In this document: one piece after another, positions 19,386 through 20,000 of the stretch | Layout of the letters: every line of letters begins with the position of its first letter | Position numbering within the stretch: the stretch's first letter is position 1 | DNA from: Malacoraja senta | Taxonomy: Eukaryota | Length of the DNA: 20,000 nucleotides | Assembly (NCBI GenBank): GCA_038087875.1 | Contig: JAXLNO010000305.1 | Coordinates: forward strand, 106,387-126,386 | Direction: 5' to 3' | Position numbers and translations under genes: made by a program | Notes under the pieces: model-generated | The model's input: the letters and a program-made list of their open reading frames with translations, nothing else | Told to the model about the DNA's origin: nothing | Databases searched by the model: none

Positions 19386-20000
19386 CTATCTATCTATATA
19401 CTATTAAAACTCTGTGGGTGTGTGTTTGTGGGTGTCAGATTGGCCTTTGATTCCTTGGTCCGCCAAATCCACACGCGAAAGCTCCGAGATTTTTTCCATA
19501 TCGCTAGACATTACACTTTTGCATACCCTAACACACTCCTTATTAGATTTAGAGATTTTTATGTACGCATTTTAAAATAAAATCACCCCCCCCCCCCCCA
19601 CTCAATCATTTTGTTGCCTCCTGCTCGCCAGCCACCATAACGGCTGCTGCCGCCCGGCTCTGCTCCAAAAACGCCGACATTTTTATTCTTTCGCTGGCGA
19701 TTTTCGCAGCTGCCGCCTGCCTCTCCTCCACTAACCCCCCACCCCCCCGGGCCGGCTCTCACGCTGGCTCAAGCGCCCAGCTCTCCTCCAAAAACGCCGA
19801 CATTTTTCTTCATTCGCTGGCGATTTTCGCTGCTGTCGCCCGGCTCTCCTCCACTACCCCCCCGCCCCCCCCCCCCCTGGGCCGGCTCTCTCACAGCTGG
19901 CTCAAGCACCCGGCTCTCCTCTGTCCGAGGACGCCGAAAAGCAGAGGCGGAACACACCCATCTTTGCCTTCAGTCAGCGTGGCAGAGCTGGCGCGTCAAC
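19386..20000 (+). mobile_element. Probable non-autonomous Helitron, 5' part (runs off window)
   Basis: Begins A|TCTATCTATCTATATACTATTAAAACTCT followed by a GT-rich tract, which is Helitron-like. It contains internal tandem repeats. The 3' CTRR/hairpin is not in the window. Confidence 0.55.
19652..19920. repeat. GC-rich tandem repeat, ~123-133 bp unit, 2 copies plus partial
   Basis: Units start at 19652, 19775 and ~19908 (ccrgctctsctccaaaaacgccgacattttt...gctggctcaagc). Confidence 0.85.

Overview
Eukaryotic (vertebrate) genomic DNA. The repeat content resembles that of a cartilaginous fish such as a skate (inference). The window is mostly transposable elements around the 5' end of one host gene. 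Two spliced + strand exons (8558-8639 and 14347-14425) join in phase and encode a signal peptide plus '...LNRSIVKNGFHR', which matches PIGX. A perfect RFX X-box just upstream suggests the head-to-head CEP19/PIGX promoter known from human. Mobile elements: a young-looking L1 (5'UTR, intact ORF1, long spacer, open APE endonuclease running off the left edge), many nested CR1 fragments, Rex1/Babar, L2 and L1 remnants, a tRNA-SINE head, a TIR-bounded non-autonomous DNA transposon with a THAP-like start, a complete but decayed CsRn1-type Gypsy element and a probable Helitron start. The most notable observations are: (1) a short TSD-flanked repeat family carrying a minimal hammerhead-ribozyme core; (2) a two-donor, inverted, locally templated insertion that replaced the Gypsy integrase core; (3) a CR1 fold-back with template-switch scars; (4) an overlapping upstream ATG on pigx. 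I found no CRISPR, rRNA or prokaryotic-type system.
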